A stretch of DNA of 64,000 bases from Gammaproteobacteria bacterium (GTDB lineage: Bacteria > Pseudomonadota > Gammaproteobacteria > Eutrophobiales > Eutrophobiaceae), in the NCBI GenBank assembly GCA_965222155.1, contig CBDCTH010000012.1, forward strand, positions 1,056,001-1,120,000, written 5' to 3'. The notes beneath the pieces were generated by a model. It had not been told where the DNA came from. It did not search any database and was given only the letters and a program-made list of their open reading frames with translations. The position numbers and the translations under genes were made by a program. This document shows, one piece after another, positions 59,941-64,000 of the stretch (positions are counted from its first letter, which is position 1; each line of letters opens with the position of its first letter).

Positions 59941-62226
59941 CTAGAACTCCATGCCGAAACGTACCATGTACTGTCGGGGCGCAATCAGTTCATCACCGGT
60001 GGCGCCCACTCCGAAGACGTCGGTAAAGCGGGCATTGATCCCGTCTTCATCGCCCAGGTTCATCGCCATCAGGTCGATGTGCCAGGGGTAGGCGTCCGGC
60101 GCAATACTGAGCACCAGGTTGACGATATTATAGCTCGGCACGTCGTCAGCTCTCGGATTGTTGAAGATACGGTGCTGGAAGCCGTCGCGGTAGGTGTATT
60201 GCACGCTGCCTTCGAGGTCGGCCCAACTGCTCAGGCGTCCGCGGTAACGCAGCATCACATCTGCAGTGAACTTGGGTGTTTTGGCCAGCTTATTACCGTT
60301 GACGTCCGTGATCACGGCGGCGCGTGCCTGCTCGATCTCGGTGCCAAAGAGAAAGGCCCCCTGAGCGAGCAATGCATTGGTGGCCGCGTCGGACTGCACG
60401 TTATCCAGGGACAGGTGAGATTCGGTGATCTCCGTTTCCAGCCAGGACAAACGGGCGTCCAGGGTGAACCTGTCGGTTATGAAACTGAGGAGTTCCAGTT
60501 CTGCGCCGTAGATTTCGGAGCCCGGAAGGTTGCCGACGCCGCCGTTAAACACTTCGGGGTCCGTTGCCTGGTACTGCAGGTTCTTATAGTCGTAGTAGAA
60601 GACGGCTGCGTTCAGACGAATCCGGTTGTCTGCGAAGTCCGTCTTAATGCCCAGCTCCCAGGCCTCAATCGTTTCATCCTTAAAGGTTGGCAGCACCAGT
60701 ATGGGTGAGATGACATCCTCGATGCCGAAGGTCAGGTTGCTGCCGCCCGGTTTGAAACCGCGGGTGTATGAGCCGTATACCATGGTGTCATCACCCAGGT
60801 CGTATTCCAGCGCGCCGCGGCCGGTGACCTTTTCACTTTTTACTTCGAGTATATCCGTGCCCTCGCGGCCGTAATAGTTGGTTACCTCGGAGTAGACCTC
60901 ATCCTCCGTATAACGCAGGCCGGCTATCAGACGCATGCGGTCGGTGAAGTGATAAGTCCCCTGGCCGTAAACTGAGATCGAGTCCCGCTCCGGTTTGGAA
61001 TCAGAGATAAAACCGACCTCTCCGCCGTAGCCCAGCACCTGTTCCAGCGTGACCGGGCCAAACACACCGTCCGTATCGAAGTCCAGGTACTCACGAATGA
61101 GAATATCTATCTCTGTGTCCAGGTAGAAGACCCCGGCTACCCAGTCCAGCTTGCCCCAAAGTGGTTCGGCGGATATCAGGTTGAATTCCTGGGTGAAAGT
61201 TTTCTGTCGATTGGTCTCGGGGTCGAAAACACTGGGCAGCAGGAAGATACCCTGGTTGATAAGGGTCACAAAGTCGTTGCGGTCGTTGTCCCGCACTACG
61301 GCAATATCATCGTCCTGGTAACTGCTCAGCGATTTTACCGTGAAGGCCGATAAGTCCCATTCGGCAACAAGGCTGTACAACTGGCTTTCCAGGTCGTATT
61401 TGTTTTCCGAGTTTTGCGCCAGCCGGCGTTTACCGGGAGTGGGGTCCAGGATACCCTTCTGCGCTGCCCCGTTGGTATCTTCCTCATAGTACTGGGCGGT
61501 GAGGTTGAACCGCAGGTTTTCAGCGGGGTTCCAGAACAGGCGGACTCGGCCGGAAATATTGTCTGCCTGGTCCAATTCCTGGTCCAGTACGATATTCCTG
61601 CTGAATCCGTCGTGGTTATGGTAAGAAACAGAGGCGCGCAAGGCCAGGGTATCACTCATTGGGACATTCACTGATCCCCGGGTCCGTATCAGGCCGTAGT
61701 TACCTACGGTCAGGTCGGCGTTACCGAAAAACTCCTCGGTGTTGGGCGCCTGAGTAATCACGTTGATAGCGCCGCCCGTGGAATTTTGACCGAACAGGGT
61801 GCCCTGGGGACCGCGCAATACTTCAATGCGCTCGATATCCAGGAAATCCGTGTGCAGCGCATAGGGCGAGGCCACGTAAATGCCGTCCAGGTGATAGGAG
61901 ACGGAAGGGTTGGCGCTTGCATTCTGGTTGGTTTCATTCCCTACGCCGCGAATGGAGATGACGGTTTTGAAACCTTCATTTTTGGCGACTGTCACCCCGG
62001 GCGCGATGCTGCTCAAATCCACGAAGGAGGTGATGTTCCGGTTGTCTATGTCCTCGCCGGACAGCGCCGTGACGGCCTGGGACAAGTCCTGCAGGCTTTC
62101 GGAGCGTTTTTCCGCGGTAACTATGATTTCTTCCAGCAGTGGTCTTTCATCCTGCGCCACGGCATTCAAGGGCAACAGGACGATAATTATGCTGAACAGG
62201 TATATGTTGGGTATCAAAGTTTTCAT
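59941..62226 (-). CDS. TonB-dependent receptor
   Basis: LEEIIVTAEKRSESLQD, ERIEVLRGPQGTLFGQNSTGG, C-terminal FGMEF. Confidence 0.95.
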   Translation of the reverse strand: MKTLIPNIYLFSIIIVLLPLNAVAQDERPLLEEIIVTAEKRSESLQDLSQAVTALSGEDIDNRNITSFVDLSSIAPGVTVAKNEGFKTVISIRGVGNETNQNASANPSVSYHLDGIYVASPYALHTDFLDIERIEVLRGPQGTLFGQNSTGGAINVITQAPNTEEFFGNADLTVGNYGLIRTRGSVNVPMSDTLALRASVSYHNHDGFSRNIVLDQELDQADNISGRVRLFWNPAENLRFNLTAQYYEEDTNGAAQKGILDPTPGKRRLAQNSENKYDLESQLYSLVAEWDLSAFTVKSLSSYQDDDIAVVRDNDRNDFVTLINQGIFLLPSVFDPETNRQKTFTQEFNLISAEPLWGKLDWVAGVFYLDTEIDILIREYLDFDTDGVFGPVTLEQVLGYGGEVGFISDSKPERDSISVYGQGTYHFTDRMRLIAGLRYTEDEVYSEVTNYYGREGTDILEVKSEKVTGRGALEYDLGDDTMVYGSYTRGFKPGGSNLTFGIEDVISPILVLPTFKDETIEAWELGIKTDFADNRIRLNAAVFYYDYKNLQYQATDPEVFNGGVGNLPGSEIYGAELELLSFITDRFTLDARLSWLETEITESHLSLDNVQSDAATNALLAQGAFLFGTEIEQARAAVITDVNGNKLAKTPKFTADVMLRYRGRLSSWADLEGSVQYTYRDGFQHRIFNNPRADDVPSYNIVNLVLSIAPDAYPWHIDLMAMNLGDEDGINARFTDVFGVGATGDELIAPRQYMVRFGMEF

Positions 62227-62415
62227 GGCAAGCTCTTAATCAGGTTGTTAAATTTTCGGGGATCATATGATGCCCTATTTTATTCTTCTACGCGCATAAA
62301 AATGCATTAATGCACCATTATGGCGCAATAAACAAAATATCACTGTAATCCGGCAACTACCCATTTTATTAGCAGCAATTACTATACCAATCGCCGGAAC
62401 GATGATAGCCGGGAT

Positions 62416-63126
62416 TCACAAAGTATGTGTTTGCCTTGGGAAGGGGGCGGGGTCGATGGCATTCTTTTCCAGTTCAGCAAATACCCGGGTGCTGGTTTCC
62501 AGCGTTCTCTGGATATGAAATTCTGTTGCCGCGCAGGCTGCGTCCACGTCACGGGACAGGGTTGTTTCCATGATTTTCAGGTGTTCCAGGTGAACATCCC
62601 GATTTTCTTCATGGGCCAATATGGCAATGAAGCGGTATCTCTTGTGTTGTTCGTAGAGTAGATGATGTAAGCGTAGCAGCCAGGGGGAGGCACAGGCGGC
62701 AATCAGGGCCTCATGAAATTCTTCGTTGCGCCGCTCCCACTCGCCCAGGTTCTTGCCATAGCTTTGTTCGGCTTTTTGCAGGCGGTGATGCGCCGCAACC
62801 AGGTTTGCTTCCCATTCATCGTCGCCGTTCCTGATGCTTTCCCGCAGCGCCTCGCATTCAAGCATGATGCGCATGCGACTCAGGTCCTGGAGGTCGTTCA
62901 TGGAAATGGGTGCAACCTTGAATCCCCGTTGTTCCTCGACCGTGACAAACCCTTCACCGGCAAGCCTGTTCAATGCTTCCCGCAACGGGCTTGCCCCGAT
63001 CTGGTAATCTTCCCGCAGTTCCTCGATGCGGAGTTTGGCGCCCGGTACCAGTTTACCGGCTATGATGTCGGAGCGAAGCTGGTTGTAGGAGGATTCAACC
63101 AGCGTTCTGGCAGGTGAAGGTGGCAT
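62416..63126 (-). CDS. GntR-family (FCD domain, CsiR-like) regulator
   Basis: LRSDIIAGKLVPGAKL..GASPLREALNRL..QRGFKV; NEEFHEAL, EH FCD motifs. Confidence 0.93.
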   Translation of the reverse strand: MPPSPARTLVESSYNQLRSDIIAGKLVPGAKLRIEELREDYQIGASPLREALNRLAGEGFVTVEEQRGFKVAPISMNDLQDLSRMRIMLECEALRESIRNGDDEWEANLVAAHHRLQKAEQSYGKNLGEWERRNEEFHEALIAACASPWLLRLHHLLYEQHKRYRFIAILAHEENRDVHLEHLKIMETTLSRDVDAACAATEFHIQRTLETSTRVFAELEKNAIDPAPFPRQTHTL

Positions 63127-63165
63127 TGTCAGGAGCTATTTATGATTATATTTGCTACCATATCA

Positions 63166-63198
63166 GAATATCGATAAAATAAACAAATATCGATTTTC
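63166..63198. promoter_or_regulatory. Candidate operator: two ATATCGAT motifs between divergent gntR and GST
   Basis: GAATATCGATAAAAT and AAATATCGATTTTC, about 20 bp apart. Confidence 0.4.
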
Positions 63199-63227
63199 AT
63201 TGATTTTCTAATACTATAAATAACAAC

Positions 63228-64000
63228 ATGCTGGAATTATATACCCATCCGATGTCACCTTGCTCCCAGAAGGTGCGAATTGTGCTGGCGGAAAAGAGTC
63301 TTGACTGGGAGAAACGTCACGTGAACCTGGCGGAAAAGGAGAACCTGACTCCGGCATATCTCAGGTTGAATCCCCTCGGTGTCGTGCCGACCCTGGTAGA
63401 CGGGGGGAATCCGGTCATCGAATCATCCATTATCTGTGAGTACCTGGAAGACAAATTCCCCGGGCCGGGACTGCGACCTGATAATCCCTACCACAGGGCA
63501 CAGATGCGTTTCTGGATGAAACACGTGGACATCAAGGTTCATCCCAGTTGCGGCGCTTTGCAATGGCCGTTGTTGATGGCGGACAAACTCTTGCAAATGT
63601 CGGAGGCGCAGAGGGATGCCATGATCGACCGGGTTGTGGAAAAACCTCGGCGCGAACGCCAGCGGCGTCTGTTGAAGCAGGGTTATGACGCCCCTGATGT
63701 CGTTGACGCCGTCGCTACGTATGAGAAAACCATTGCCGATATGGAACAGTTATTGAGCGGGCAGGAGTGGCTGGCGGGTGACCGGTTTTCCCTGGCTGAC
63801 GCGGCTATGGCGCCGTATTTTCAAACCCTGTATCAATTTGGCTGGACCGACTGGTACCGGAACCGTAAAAATGTCGCGGCCTGGTATGAAAGATGTCTGA
63901 ATCGTCCATCCTATCAAACAGGAGTTGCGGCCGATTTCCCCGCGCAAAAACTGGCTGAACTGAAAAGCAAGGGCGCAACGCCCTGGCAAAAAATACAAGA
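63228..64000 (+). CDS. Glutathione S-transferase family protein (partial, runs off the edge)
   Basis: Not in ORF track. MLELYTHPMSPCSQKVRIVLAEK..LNPLGVVPTL..IESSIICEYLED..WLAGDRFSLAD. Confidence 0.9.
   Translation, partial: MLELYTHPMSPCSQKVRIVLAEKSLDWEKRHVNLAEKENLTPAYLRLNPLGVVPTLVDGGNPVIESSIICEYLEDKFPGPGLRPDNPYHRAQMRFWMKHVDIKVHPSCGALQWPLLMADKLLQMSEAQRDAMIDRVVEKPRRERQRRLLKQGYDAPDVVDAVATYEKTIADMEQLLSGQEWLAGDRFSLADAAMAPYFQTLYQFGWTDWYRNRKNVAAWYERCLNRPSYQTGVAADFPAQKLAELKSKGATPWQKIQ

Noticed and set aside
63228-64000. Specific call of the GST as a beta-etherase or dehalogenase
   Set aside because: The motifs support only family-level assignment, and the gene is cut by the window edge.

Overview
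64 kb of a GC-rich proteobacterial chromosome, probably gammaproteobacterial; a host-associated or marine lifestyle is only an inference. The backbone is catabolic. It has four intact TonB-dependent receptors and a Tat-exported SpdH-like flavoprotein. A TBDR/DAD-type cupin/glyoxalase I/Dke1-like operon suggests beta-diketone cleavage coupled to methylglyoxal detoxification. A large quaternary-amine supercluster holds two BCCT transporters, a CdhR-like regulator, BKACE, carnitine dehydrogenase, CaiD, an acyl-CoA dehydrogenase, a non-pyrrolysine MttB plus corrinoid protein, three DMG/sarcosine-dehydrogenase paralogues, soxBDAG and a PhnZ-like HD protein. It is interleaved with two sulfotransferases and an Asp/Asn beta-hydroxylase. 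Two accessory patches interrupt the backbone. The first (18.1-24.1 kb) is decayed TA, IS and gene debris bounded by ~0.5-kb direct repeats. The second (28.1-33.3 kb) has a type I R-M locus collapsed by deletion, followed by an intact AT-richer Schlafen/AlbA_2 + TIR + SEFIR trio, the best candidate for an undescribed anti-phage system. Short palindromic repeats are abundant: REP-like elements (two sites translated inside proteins), a ~330-bp MITE in three copies, a ~30-bp hairpin that inserts at CAK^GG sites, and a circularly permuted 92-bp duplication. No rRNA, tRNA or CRISPR array was recognised. All family calls come from motif recognition by eye, not from database searches.
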